A DNA stretch of 64,000 bases from Anaerolineae bacterium. Its GTDB lineage: Bacteria > Chloroflexota > Anaerolineae > Aggregatilineales > Phototrophicaceae. The DNA lies in assembly GCA_022824365.1 (NCBI GenBank), contig JAJEAA010000031.1:57104-121103 (forward strand), given 5' to 3'. The stretch's first letter is position 1, and each line of letters begins with the position of its first letter. Of this stretch, positions 28,139-37,060 are shown piece after piece. The notes beneath the pieces were generated by a model. The model did no database searches. It saw nothing but the letters and a program-made list of their open reading frames with translations, and had not been told where the DNA came from. A program made the position numbers and the translations under genes.

Positions 28139-28200
28139 GCCCCCCTCCCTAATGCTTTGGATGCCCGCCATAGAGATGGCGGGAGGGGCCGGGGTGGGGG
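28139..28200 (+). repeat. REP-A long variant with inner CCCGCCAT-AGAG-ATGGCGGG hairpin
   Basis: Outer arms cccctccc / gggagggg, inner palindrome 28164-28183, tail ccggggtggggg. Homologous in inverse orientation to 32627-32696. Confidence 0.8.
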
Positions 28201-28204
28201 CTTG

Positions 28205-29218
28205 TCAATCTAGCCCGCCGTAAGGGGCGACGAAAGTTTCCACCTCGGCCATCGTCGGCATGAAGTTAGCGCAGCCATGCTCGGTGACGACAATCGCCCC
28301 GCAAGCATTGCCCAGCCGCGCCGCTCGATACCAGCCCCAGCCTTTGACCAGCCCGTAGATGAAGCCGCCGCCGAAGGCATCGCCCGCGCCCAGGATATTC
28401 GTCACTTCCACCGGGAAGCCCGGCGCCTCGATAATATCGCCGTCCCGCAGGTGGATGCGCGCCCCTTCCGGACCAATCTTCTCGACCACCGCTTCCGGTC
28501 CCATGCCCAGCATGAATTCGATGGCGCCCCGCGTATCCCCCGCCACTTTGGTATCGGAGACCTGCGAATGCGTGACTTCCATCTGCGAGGCGTCGCTGAG
28601 CATGGCGGCGTTGATCTCGTCTTCCGTGCCGATGACCACATCGACCAGACGCAGGACACTCCGCGCCACCACGCCAAAAGCGCGCACATCATGCCATTGG
28701 TCGGGCCGGAAATCGACATCGAAGACGACGGTCGCGCCGGCCAAACGCGCTTGCTCGGCCGCGAACATCGTCGCGCTGCGGCTCGGCTCCCGGCTCAAAT
28801 TGGTGCCAGCGAATTGAAAGACGCGGCAATCCCCCACCGGCGCCGCCAGCGCATCATCGATATTCAAATTGATATCGGCGCAATTTTCGCGATAAAAGAC
28901 CAGCGGAAACTTGTCCGGCGGTTCAATGCCCAGCACAGCCGCCGAGCTGCGATGCTCCGGCTTGCGCGGGATGAAGCGCGTCTCCACGCCTTCCTTGTTG
29001 AGAAAATGCAAGATAAAGTCGCCCACCGGGTCCGCGCCGACAGCGGTCAGCAGCGCCGTATTCAGTCCCAGCCGTTTCCCGCCGACGCTGATATTCGTCG
29101 GCGAGCCGCCGACATAAGCGGCGAAGCTGTCAATCTCGACGAAAGGCTCGCCGATGTCGTTGGAATACAGATCAATGGAACTGCGCCCCATGTGCAGGGA
29201 GTCGTATGTTTTGCTCAT
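28205..29218 (-). CDS. iolC: 5-dehydro-2-deoxygluconokinase (PfkB family)
   Basis: 337 aa. N-terminal MGRSSIDLY...GGSPTN and C-terminal GAGDAFGGGF PfkB motifs. Operon context. Confidence 0.88.
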   Translation of the reverse strand: MSKTYDSLHMGRSSIDLYSNDIGEPFVEIDSFAAYVGGSPTNISVGGKRLGLNTALLTAVGADPVGDFILHFLNKEGVETRFIPRKPEHRSSAAVLGIEPPDKFPLVFYRENCADINLNIDDALAAPVGDCRVFQFAGTNLSREPSRSATMFAAEQARLAGATVVFDVDFRPDQWHDVRAFGVVARSVLRLVDVVIGTEDEINAAMLSDASQMEVTHSQVSDTKVAGDTRGAIEFMLGMGPEAVVEKIGPEGARIHLRDGDIIEAPGFPVEVTNILGAGDAFGGGFIYGLVKGWGWYRAARLGNACGAIVVTEHGCANFMPTMAEVETFVAPYGGLD

Positions 29219-29230
29219 AGACGACCTCTA

Positions 29231-29297
29231 CCCCCTCTAAACGCCCCCCTCGGTCCCCCCGTCTCGCGGGGGGAAGAATCCCATAGCAATGGGGGAG
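29231..29297 (-). repeat. REP-A long variant with inner TCCCCCC-N7-GGGGGGA hairpin
   Basis: Inner hairpin 29254-29274. Shares cctcggtccccc...cggggga.g.atcccata with 9141-9210. Lies 12 nt upstream of the iolC ATG on the minus strand. Confidence 0.75.
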
Positions 29298-29339
29298 ACT
29301 TGCCTGCGCTATTACCACACCGCGCTCGATGACTGAATT

Positions 29340-29378
29340 CCCCTCCCTGATGCCTCGGGGAGGGGCTAGGGGTGGGGT
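29340..29378 (+). repeat. REP-A hairpin element
   Basis: cccctccc tgatgcctc ggggagggg plus tail ctaggggtgggg. Loop identical to the copy at 32771. Confidence 0.8.
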
Positions 29379-29402
29379 TAGAAAAGCGACATTCCCTCAT
29401 CG

Positions 29403-30413
29403 TCACGCCTCCACCTCATCAAGCCGCACCGGCCGCCTCTCCGCCACTGAGCGCATGCCCGCCAGCGCCATCAACACCGGGACGCGCCCGTCATTGCCAA
29501 CCACCGGCACGGTTTCCCCCGCCCCTATCGCCTCAACGAAAGCCATCATCTCAGCCGCGTAGCTGTCCATGTAGCGCTCCATGAAGAAGTTCAGCGGCAA
29601 GTCCCGCCGAACGTTGGCGGCATCGCTGATCGTGACGGCGTTGGGATACCAGTTGCCGCTGCTGACGGCGCCGCCGCTGCCGAAGACTTCCACCCGCTGA
29701 TCGTAGCCATAGACCGCCTGCCGGCTGTTCTCGATCGTGCCTATTGCGCCATTCTCGAAGCGCAGCATCACCTTGGCTGTATCGATATCGCCCGCTTCGC
29801 CGATCGCCGGATCCACCATCACATCAGCCAGCGCGAACATTTCCTCGACCTCGCCCAGCAAGAAGCGGCACATATCGAAGTCGTGGATCATCATGTCCAT
29901 CATCAAACCGCCCGAGACCTTGATGTAGTCGATTGGCGGCGGCGCCGGATCGCGGCTGATGATCGTCAGTGTATGCGCCTGGCCAATCTCGCCGCCCTCG
30001 ATGGCTCCCTTGATGCGCGCGTGATTGCTGTCGAAACGGCGATTGAAGCCGATCTGCAACTGTACGCCCGCCTCGGCGACAGCAGCCAGCGCCGCGTCTA
30101 TCTCCGCCAGGTCGAAGGCGATCGGTTTCTCGCAAAAGATATTTTTGCCCGCCCGCGCGGCCTCGGTGATGAAGCGGCAATGCGTGTCGGTCGAGGAGCA
30201 GATGACAACCGCGTCAATGTCGCCGCTGTTGATGATCTCGGCCGGCTCCCTTGTGTAATCAGGGATGCCAAAGTCCGCCGCGGCCGACTTGGCCGAGTCT
30301 TCGTAGATATCGGCGATGGCGAGCAGGTCCGCGCCGGGGACGCGCGTCGTCAAAGTGTCCGCGTGGACGCGGCCGATGCGCCCCGCGCCGATGATGCCTA
30401 GCTTGATCGTCAT
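29403..30413 (-). CDS. iolG: myo-Inositol 2-dehydrogenase (Gfo/Idh/MocA)
   Basis: 336 aa from ATG 30413 (MTIKLGIIGAGRIG). EKP motif (FCEKPIA). Operon context. Confidence 0.85.
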   Translation of the reverse strand: MTIKLGIIGAGRIGRVHADTLTTRVPGADLLAIADIYEDSAKSAAADFGIPDYTREPAEIINSGDIDAVVICSSTDTHCRFITEAARAGKNIFCEKPIAFDLAEIDAALAAVAEAGVQLQIGFNRRFDSNHARIKGAIEGGEIGQAHTLTIISRDPAPPPIDYIKVSGGLMMDMMIHDFDMCRFLLGEVEEMFALADVMVDPAIGEAGDIDTAKVMLRFENGAIGTIENSRQAVYGYDQRVEVFGSGGAVSSGNWYPNAVTISDAANVRRDLPLNFFMERYMDSYAAEMMAFVEAIGAGETVPVVGNDGRVPVLMALAGMRSVAERRPVRLDEVEA

Positions 30414-30527
30414 AGTTGCCCCCAGCCGCGCCCGGATAATGGCGCTTATCATAACGAATCTCCCCTTATTATTGAATAGCGCGGCCTGCTTGCGCTACAA
30501 TTGTCGGGACGATGTGGGAGGCAAGCT

Positions 30528-30734
30528 ATGAATCCCGACAAACTGAATCCGACTTTGCCCCAAGCGCCGCGGACGCTCGAGGAAGATGACGACCGCGAGC
30601 CGACGAAAGAAGAAATCATGGAAGATATTCGCCAGGGCCTGCGCGATGTGATGGCTGGGTACAGAGGCCAGGACGCGATGGAATTCCTTGACGAACTAGA
30701 ACGCGAAGCTATGGTCGATGCCGAAAACAGTTGA
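30528..30734 (+). CDS. Putative antitoxin, copy 1 (partner of RelE/ParE-like toxin)
   Basis: 68 aa from ATG 30528 (GGGAGG upstream). Acidic, with C-terminal 46 codons nearly identical to copy 2. Confidence 0.6.
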   Translation: MNPDKLNPTLPQAPRTLEEDDDREPTKEEIMEDIRQGLRDVMAGYRGQDAMEFLDELEREAMVDAENS

Positions 30735-30962
30735 GCATCTGACCGGACAAGGAGAATGAAAATGGACGGACCCAAGCTGAAGCCAGTCCCGCCGGACACT
30801 GTCGCAGCCGATGAAGATGACCGCGAGCCGACGAAAGAAGAAATCATGGAAGATATTCGCCAGGGCCTGCGCGATGTGATGGCTGGGTACAGAGGTCAGG
30901 ATGCGATGGAATTCCTTGACGAGCTAGAACGCGAAGCTATGGTTGATGCCGACGAGAGTTGA
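30583..30962 (+). repeat. Tandem duplication (228-nt period) covering the antitoxin C-terminal coding region
   Basis: 30591-30725 and 30819-30953 differ at 4 positions, all synonymous third-codon sites (ggc/ggt, gac/gat, gaa/gag, gtc/gtt). Confidence 0.9.
30756..30962 (+). CDS. Putative antitoxin, copy 2 (partner of RelE/ParE-like toxin)
   Basis: 68 aa with AAGGAG upstream. Stop overlaps the toxin start. DREPTKEEIMEDIRQGLRDVMAGYRGQDAMEFLDELEREAMVDA is shared with copy 1. Confidence 0.65.
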   Translation: MKMDGPKLKPVPPDTVAADEDDREPTKEEIMEDIRQGLRDVMAGYRGQDAMEFLDELEREAMVDADES

Positions 30963-31281
30963 CACCCACCCGACATTTCGTAAACGAACTAGGAGGCTCC
31001 GCCGCCGGTTTCCCTCGATCCATCTCGATTTACGCCCTTTATTCCAGCGTCTCAGGAACGATGAACGCCCAGGCGATAGAATTCCCGGCATCGGCCACAC
31101 CGTCTACAAAGTACGCCTGCCCAATCGCGCGGCGCAGCGGGGCAAAAGCAGCGGCTTCCGCGTCATCTATTATGCCCAATTCAACGACCGCGTCACCCTG
31201 CTCACCATCTATTCCAAGACCGACGACACCGACATCAGCGCCGCGGAGATTCGCCAATTGGCGCTTGAGGCGGATGAATAG
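30943..31281 (+). CDS. RelE/ParE-superfamily toxin (HigB/RelE-like)
   Basis: 112 aa. YKVRLPN...GKSSGFRVIYY...VTLLTIYSKTDDTDIS matches the common RelE/ParE toxin pattern. TTG 30943 or ATG 30946 start. Confidence 0.8.
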   Translation: MMPTRVDTHPTFRKRTRRLRRRFPSIHLDLRPLFQRLRNDERPGDRIPGIGHTVYKVRLPNRAAQRGKSSGFRVIYYAQFNDRVTLLTIYSKTDDTDISAAEIRQLALEADE

Positions 31282-31387
31282 CACAGGCCGCGAGCCCCTC
31301 GACCAACCGCTTTCTCGATGCCTTTAGCGATTCAATTCGCTATAGTCTGTTTACCCTGATCAGACGGATACGGATTGCGCCGCCAAG

Positions 31388-32623
31388 ATGAACCAAAGGC
31401 ATTGCCCCATCACAAATCTCAGCGCCGACTTCGACCCCCTCGACCTGCGCGACCCCTTCCCCCTGCTCGCCGCCGCCCGCCGCGAACAGCCCGTCTTCTA
31501 CAGCCCGGCCATCGACTACTGGGTCGTCACTCGCCACGAGGACGTCAAAGCCATCTTCCGCGACCACGAGACCTACACCGCCGCCAACACCATCACTCCC
31601 ATCCTGCCCTTTTCCGACGCCGTCCAGCGGATGCTTGCCGTCGGCGACTACACTCCGGAGCCGGTCTTGTCCAACAACGTCCCACCCAGCCACACGCGGA
31701 TCCGCGCCCTGGTCAACCGCCTCTTCACCCCGCGGCGCATGAAAAGCTTCACGCCCGCCATCCGCGCCATCGCCGAACGAGACATCAGCCGCATTCGCGA
31801 TAAAGCGCCGGTCGATATCGTCGCCGATCTGACCTACGAATATCCCGCTTACGTTTTGTTCCGCGTCCTGGGCGTGCCCGCTGACGATGTGCCGCGCGTG
31901 AAAGCCTGGGCCGGCAACCGCATCAAGCTCTATTACGGTCGCCCAAGCCCCGACGAGCAAATCGCCATGACGCGGCATCTAGTGCCCTTCTGGCGCTACG
32001 TGGTCGAGCTTGTCGCCGAGAAAGAACGAGCGCCGCAAGACGACTTGACCAGCGATTTGATCCGCCTGCGCGCCGGCGATGACGCGGTGCTGACGCTGAA
32101 CGAGATCGCCAGCTGCATGATCACCCTGCTGGTGGCCGGGCACGAGACGACCACAGCCCAGATCAACAACGCCCTGCTGCATCTGCTGACTCATCGCGCG
32201 CATTGGGAGGCGCTGTGCGCGGCGCCGGAGCGCATCCCGCAAGCCCTGGAAGAGATGATGCGCTACGATCCATCGGTTTGCGCCTGGCGGCGACTGACGG
32301 TGAAAGCGAGCAGGATCAACGGCGTCGACATCCCGGCGGGGGCGAACCTGCTGCTGATGCTCCACTCAGCCAATCGCGATGAGGCCGTCTTCCCCGAGCC
32401 GGACGAGATCTTGTTTGAGCGCGGCAATCTCAAAGACCAACTGGCTTTTGGCTACGGCATACACTACTGCGTCGGCGCGCCGCTGGCTCGGCTGGAGATG
32501 GCGATATTGCTGGAGACGCTGGCGCGGGAACTGCCCGGTTTGCGGCTGGCGGACGGGCAAGAACTCGAATACACGCGCAATATCTCCTTCCGCGGTCCGG
32601 TTGCGCTGCGGGTAACTTGGTAG
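31388..32623 (+). CDS. Cytochrome P450
   Basis: 411 aa. I-helix AGHETT, ExxR (EEMMR), heme loop FGYGIHYCVGAPLA. Confidence 0.92.
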   Translation: MNQRHCPITNLSADFDPLDLRDPFPLLAAARREQPVFYSPAIDYWVVTRHEDVKAIFRDHETYTAANTITPILPFSDAVQRMLAVGDYTPEPVLSNNVPPSHTRIRALVNRLFTPRRMKSFTPAIRAIAERDISRIRDKAPVDIVADLTYEYPAYVLFRVLGVPADDVPRVKAWAGNRIKLYYGRPSPDEQIAMTRHLVPFWRYVVELVAEKERAPQDDLTSDLIRLRAGDDAVLTLNEIASCMITLLVAGHETTTAQINNALLHLLTHRAHWEALCAAPERIPQALEEMMRYDPSVCAWRRLTVKASRINGVDIPAGANLLLMLHSANRDEAVFPEPDEILFERGNLKDQLAFGYGIHYCVGAPLARLEMAILLETLARELPGLRLADGQELEYTRNISFRGPVALRVTW

Positions 32624-32626
32624 CTG

Positions 32627-32696
32627 CCCCCACCCCAAACCTAGTCTCCCCCATCTCTATGGCGATGTTGTCGTCCCAAATCATTGGGGAAGGGTG
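32627..32696 (-). repeat. REP-A long variant (inverse orientation)
   Basis: cccccaccccaaacc...ccatctctatggcg...cattggggaaggg matches the reverse complement of 28139-28200. Confidence 0.7.
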
Positions 32697-32770
32697 ACTC
32701 GACGATGAAATTGACAATAAACGCGCAAATAGCACAAGATTGAGCATCAAAATCATCTACTCTCAGCGCG

Positions 32771-32813
32771 CTCCCCCTCCCTGATGCCTCGGGGAGGGGG
32801 CCGGGGGGTGGGG
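32771..32813 (+). repeat. REP-A hairpin element
   Basis: ccccctccc tgatgcctc ggggaggggg plus tail ccggggggtgggg. Confidence 0.8.
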
Positions 32814-32831
32814 TTGGCTTTGAGATTCGCC

Positions 32832-33293
32832 CTATTGCTCTGGATGATTGGGACCGATCCAGATAATCTCCGAGCTTTCCGCCGGCTCGATATCGAGGTT
32901 GACGACAATGGCTTCCTGGTCGCTGCGGACGAGGATGCACTCCAGCGGCTGCTCCGGGTCGGCGTTGATTTCCTGGTGGGGCACGAAGGGCGGCACATAG
33001 ATGAAATCGCCGGCCTCAGCCTCGGCGACATATTCCAGATTATCCCCCCAGCGCATGCGGGCCCGCCCGCGCAGGACATAGATGACGCTTTCGAGCTCGC
33101 CGTGATGGTGGGCGCCGGTCTTGGCGTCAGGCTGGATATTGACCGTGCCCGCCCAGAGTTTCTCCGCCCCCGCTTTGGCTTGGTTGATGGCGGCCGCGCG
33201 GCTCATGCCCGGCGTCTGCGGAGTGTTGCTATCGAGTTCGCCCGCTCGGACGATGCGGACGCCGTTATCGCGCCAGTTGGGTTTCTCGGTCAT
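32832..33293 (-). CDS. Cupin domain protein
   Basis: 153 aa with cupin motifs GAHHHGELESVIYVLRG and GDFIYVPPFVPHQE. Confidence 0.8.
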   Translation of the reverse strand: MTEKPNWRDNGVRIVRAGELDSNTPQTPGMSRAAAINQAKAGAEKLWAGTVNIQPDAKTGAHHHGELESVIYVLRGRARMRWGDNLEYVAEAEAGDFIYVPPFVPHQEINADPEQPLECILVRSDQEAIVVNLDIEPAESSEIIWIGPNHPEQ

Positions 33294-33449
33294 GCGCGGC
33301 TCCTTGTGTCTTGAGAACTTCTAGAAAGATTGTACCACCGAGCGCGCCCAGTTTATTGAGATTATCTTCGGCCGCCGAGAACAATGAATCCAGCCAGACG
33401 CGGATAAGGATGGTAGAATATCTTCCAGCCACTCTCTTGGAGAGATGAT

Positions 33450-36400
33450 ATGACATCTGACTTTGACGCTAAGCTGGAAACATATATCAGCAACATAACA
33501 GACGCCCATACAAGCCAACAACCCGAGCGGCAAATCAGTCACCTGTTTCTGGGTTTCATCAGCGATGCTTTTGGCGTGAGCTATGAAGATATTGCGCTGG
33601 AACATCACGTGACGATGACAAAAGTGCGGAAACATGGCTACATCGATGCCCTGCTGGGCGATCTGCTGATTGAATTCAAGCGCGACATCAAGACAGACCT
33701 CGGCGCCAACATCGACCAACTTGCCGCTTATATGCGCGTCATGCCGGAACTTCATCGTTATGTCGGTATGCTGACGGACGGCATCGAGTTTCGCGCTTAT
33801 GTTTTGGATGAAGCCGAACAAGCGAAAGAAATAGATCAATTCATTATCACAAGCGCCGACGCTGAGGTCGCCTATTTATGGTTTGATTCTTACCTCTTCA
33901 GCCGCCAAAACATTGAACCGACGGCGGACGACATCGTGCAGCGTTTCGGCGTCAAAAGCCCGACATTCCAACTCGTTCAGCAGACGCTGACAAGATTGCT
34001 CGGCGAAATTGAAGACAACACGGAACTGGATGTTTGGCGCGGACAATGGAAGGCGCTGCTGAGTAAGGTCTACGGTTCGGATATCGCCGACGATAACCTG
34101 TTCATAAGGCACACCTATCTGTCGCAATTCGCCAAACTGCTGGTATTCGCCGCCCTCGAAGGCCGCCCGGACATTACCGATCTCCCCAGCATCGTCAACG
34201 GCGAAGCCTTTCATAAACACGGCGTCAGCAATATCGGCGAGAACGACTTCTTCTCCTGGTTGATGATGTCCGATATTCGGGCTGACTCTATCAACTTCCT
34301 CTACGGGCTGTCCGCCGAGTTGCAGGTTTACGACCTCAGCGCCATCCGTCAAGACTTGCTCAAACAACTCTATCAAGACTTGGTCGACCCGGAAACGCGG
34401 CATGATCTGGGCGAATACTACACCCCCGATTGGCTGGCGCAGTTGACGCTCGAAGAGATCGACTATCGCGCCCCGCAGAGTTTGCTCGATCCCGCCTGCG
34501 GCTCCGGCACCTTCCTCTTTAACGCCATCCGCCGATTGGCGGACAACGGCTTGACCGGACGCGAATTGGTCGACTTCGCTTTGAACAATATCGTCGGGAC
34601 AGATATACACCCGCTAGCCGTTACCATCGCCCGGATAAATTATTTGCTGGCATTGAGCGAGCATCTGGAGATGGACAATCATGGCGGAGATCCGCCGCCT
34701 TTGCCAGTCTTCCTAGCCGACGCGCTGATTGGACCACTGACCTACCGAGGACCTGAGGCTGTCCCCATCGCCGTCGACCTGGAGAAAGACGAAGCCTTCC
34801 ATATACCGCTTGAATCCGCTGTAGACGAAGACAAGCTGACAAAGACAATCGACTACATGGACGACTTTGCCAAACTCGCCAGCCCCGAAAAAACGGCGGA
34901 AATGGCGAAGGTTTTCAGAAGGTGGGTGCAAGACATTTACAGCGGCCTCACGAACCCGGCCTTTCGCAATCACTGGGCGAGCAATTTCCAACTGCTGGTC
35001 GAGTTAATCCGCGATGGTCGCGACAGCATCTGGGCATACATCCTCAAAAACCTCTCGCGCCCCCTGGTGCTGGCGGAAAAGGGATTTGACGTCGTGGTCG
35101 GTAATCCGCCCTGGCTGTCTTACCGCTATATCAACAGCCCTACTTGGCAAGACGAAGTGAAGGCTCTGTATATCCACTATCAGCTTATCGATTCGGGCGA
35201 TGTAAAACTCTTCACGCAGATGGACTTGAGCACACTGTTCTTCGCTCACGCCAAAGACCGATATTTGAAAGATGATGGCACACTGGCATTTGTCATGCCC
35301 CGTAGTGTGCTCACCGGCGCCAAGCAGCACCGCCCCTTTCAGCGACAAGGCATGACTCGTATCCTCGATGTCGGCGATGTCAGTCCCTTGTTCAATGTGC
35401 CATCCGCCGTCATCATCTCGTCGAGTGGCCACATCGCCAAAGCCGACATCCCCACGACAACCTACCGGGCGGCTTTCGCTAAACACGAATTGCCGTTGGC
35501 GGAAGCGGAGCCGCTGCTGACAGTGGGCAAGACCCTCACCAACTTCGTCGACCCGAAAATCCGCAGCATCTACTATTACGAGCTTTTCGCCCAGGGCGCG
35601 TCGCTCGTCCCGCGCAACCTTTGTTTTGTGCGCCCGGCCGGTTTGCCGAACATGCCGATTGTCGAGACCGATCCCGAACTCGATAAAGACGCCAAAGCGC
35701 CTTGGAAGGGCATCAAACTGGAAGGCACGGTGCATAATCCCTACATCTACGCCACTCTGCTCAGCAAGCACCTGCTGCCCTTCGGCCACCAGAAACTCAA
35801 TATGGTCGCCTTGCCAGCAAAACAAAATGAGGTGGGCAAACTTGAATTGCTGCATGACGTATTGGCTTTCGCCGTAACTGCCCATCACCGGAGTTTCACC
35901 ACCTGGTTTGAGAAGGTGAGCAATATCTGGGACGAGCGCAAATCAGCCACCACGACAGAAACTCTGCTTGAGTGGTTCAACTATCGCAACAAACTGACCT
36001 CGCAAACCGTAAACGACAGGTTTCGCGTGATTTATGGCGGCAGCGGCACGAACATTGCCTGCTGTGTCTTGGATCTCGACTACGAGAACTTGAGAATATA
36101 CCGGCGGAGAGTTCAGCAGTTTGTTGTCGATTACACCTGTTTTCATTACACTGCCCCGACTGAAGCCGAAGCGCATTACCTTTGCGCAATCCTCAATTCT
36201 CGAATTGTCAATGAACAGATAAAAACGCATCAGCCGGAAGGTTTGTGGGGCGCGCGGCATATCCAGCGCACCCCCTTCGAAGCCTGCGCCATTCCTATCT
36301 TTGAACCAAACAATCCCGATCATCTCGAACTCGCCCGCTTGAGCATCGCCGCCCACGAGAAGATTGAAGAGATGAAAGGCATGGAAGAAAACCGCTTGCT

Positions 36401-36500
36401 CAACGGCGGTCCTGGACGAGCAAGGGGAAGAGCGCGTGAAATCCTCGCCGAAGAAATCAGCGCGATTGACAAAATCGCTCGAAGAGTCATTGGCGATTAG
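33450..36500 (+). CDS. MmeI-family Type IIL/IIG restriction-modification enzyme (fused endonuclease + N6-adenine methyltransferase + TRD)
   Basis: 1016 aa. N-terminal nuclease motif GYIDALLGDLLIEFK (D-x8-E-x-K, 33645-33680) in an MmeI-like context (FLGFISDAFGV...EHHV). GEYYTP, SAM motif I LDPACGSGTFL (34488-34517), motif IV NPPW (35103-35114). Long C-terminal target-recognition region. Confidence 0.8.
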   Translation: MTSDFDAKLETYISNITDAHTSQQPERQISHLFLGFISDAFGVSYEDIALEHHVTMTKVRKHGYIDALLGDLLIEFKRDIKTDLGANIDQLAAYMRVMPELHRYVGMLTDGIEFRAYVLDEAEQAKEIDQFIITSADAEVAYLWFDSYLFSRQNIEPTADDIVQRFGVKSPTFQLVQQTLTRLLGEIEDNTELDVWRGQWKALLSKVYGSDIADDNLFIRHTYLSQFAKLLVFAALEGRPDITDLPSIVNGEAFHKHGVSNIGENDFFSWLMMSDIRADSINFLYGLSAELQVYDLSAIRQDLLKQLYQDLVDPETRHDLGEYYTPDWLAQLTLEEIDYRAPQSLLDPACGSGTFLFNAIRRLADNGLTGRELVDFALNNIVGTDIHPLAVTIARINYLLALSEHLEMDNHGGDPPPLPVFLADALIGPLTYRGPEAVPIAVDLEKDEAFHIPLESAVDEDKLTKTIDYMDDFAKLASPEKTAEMAKVFRRWVQDIYSGLTNPAFRNHWASNFQLLVELIRDGRDSIWAYILKNLSRPLVLAEKGFDVVVGNPPWLSYRYINSPTWQDEVKALYIHYQLIDSGDVKLFTQMDLSTLFFAHAKDRYLKDDGTLAFVMPRSVLTGAKQHRPFQRQGMTRILDVGDVSPLFNVPSAVIISSSGHIAKADIPTTTYRAAFAKHELPLAEAEPLLTVGKTLTNFVDPKIRSIYYYELFAQGASLVPRNLCFVRPAGLPNMPIVETDPELDKDAKAPWKGIKLEGTVHNPYIYATLLSKHLLPFGHQKLNMVALPAKQNEVGKLELLHDVLAFAVTAHHRSFTTWFEKVSNIWDERKSATTTETLLEWFNYRNKLTSQTVNDRFRVIYGGSGTNIACCVLDLDYENLRIYRRRVQQFVVDYTCFHYTAPTEAEAHYLCAILNSRIVNEQIKTHQPEGLWGARHIQRTPFEACAIPIFEPNNPDHLELARLSIAAHEKIEEMKGMEENRLLNGGPGRARGRAREILAEEISAIDKIARRVIGD

Positions 36501-37060
36501 CCATGATAACTTCTTGCCCCGCAAACGCCGCGCCCCACCCGCCACATCCTCCGCCACCGCAATAAGCAAACCATGCTCGACGATGCCGGCGCGGGATTCG
36601 ATTTTGTGGACGAGAGCGGCCGACTCGGCGCATCGCCCATAATCCCTCTTCTCCGCGTCCTCAAAATAACTCGGTCTGCTCGGCGGCAAAAAACTTCCTG
36701 CCCTTGGTTATAGAAAATATGTACTTTGTGATAATTCCCCAATGCGCGAACATATAGTCGCCTATTCACCATCATTTTCTGCTACCCTCAAAATATGAAT
36801 GCAAATCGCCAGTCCAACATAATCCAAATCCATGCCGTCCCTAATCCAAATTCCAACCTTAGTCCTCCAAATGCCGCAAATTCAGCGCCCGAAACCTCGC
36901 TGTATCAATACTGTATCAATATATTTCGGCGTTTATGCCCTGCTTCACTTCACTTTTATTATCCCGTTTATATCCTCTATGTATCCTTTTACGGTCTTTT
37001 GTGGACCTTTTCGTATCCTTTGCTTCACTGCCGGAATAATCTTGATCGGAGACCAAAGCC

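Noticed and set aside
30449-30847. 132-aa minus-strand ORF with internally repeated sequence
   Set aside because: It is antisense to the duplicated antitoxin genes. Its internal repeat is just the reverse complement of that duplication, and the translation is Ser-rich and low-complexity.
33321-33839. 172-aa minus-strand ORF overlapping the 5' end of the MmeI-like gene
   Set aside because: It is antisense to a gene with convincing MmeI-type nuclease motifs in exactly this region. It has no motifs or RBS of its own.
36501-36690. GC-rich patch downstream of the R-M gene, whose minus strand reads PSYFEDAEKRDYGRCAESAALVHKIESRAGIVEHGLLIAVAEDVAGGARRL and could be a truncated host gene (I considered an RpiB-like fragment)
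   Set aside because: The similarity to RpiB is limited to a few spaced residues and the catalytic region does not align. I cannot support a pseudogene call without a database search (a TBLASTN/BLASTX hit covering the patch would revive it).
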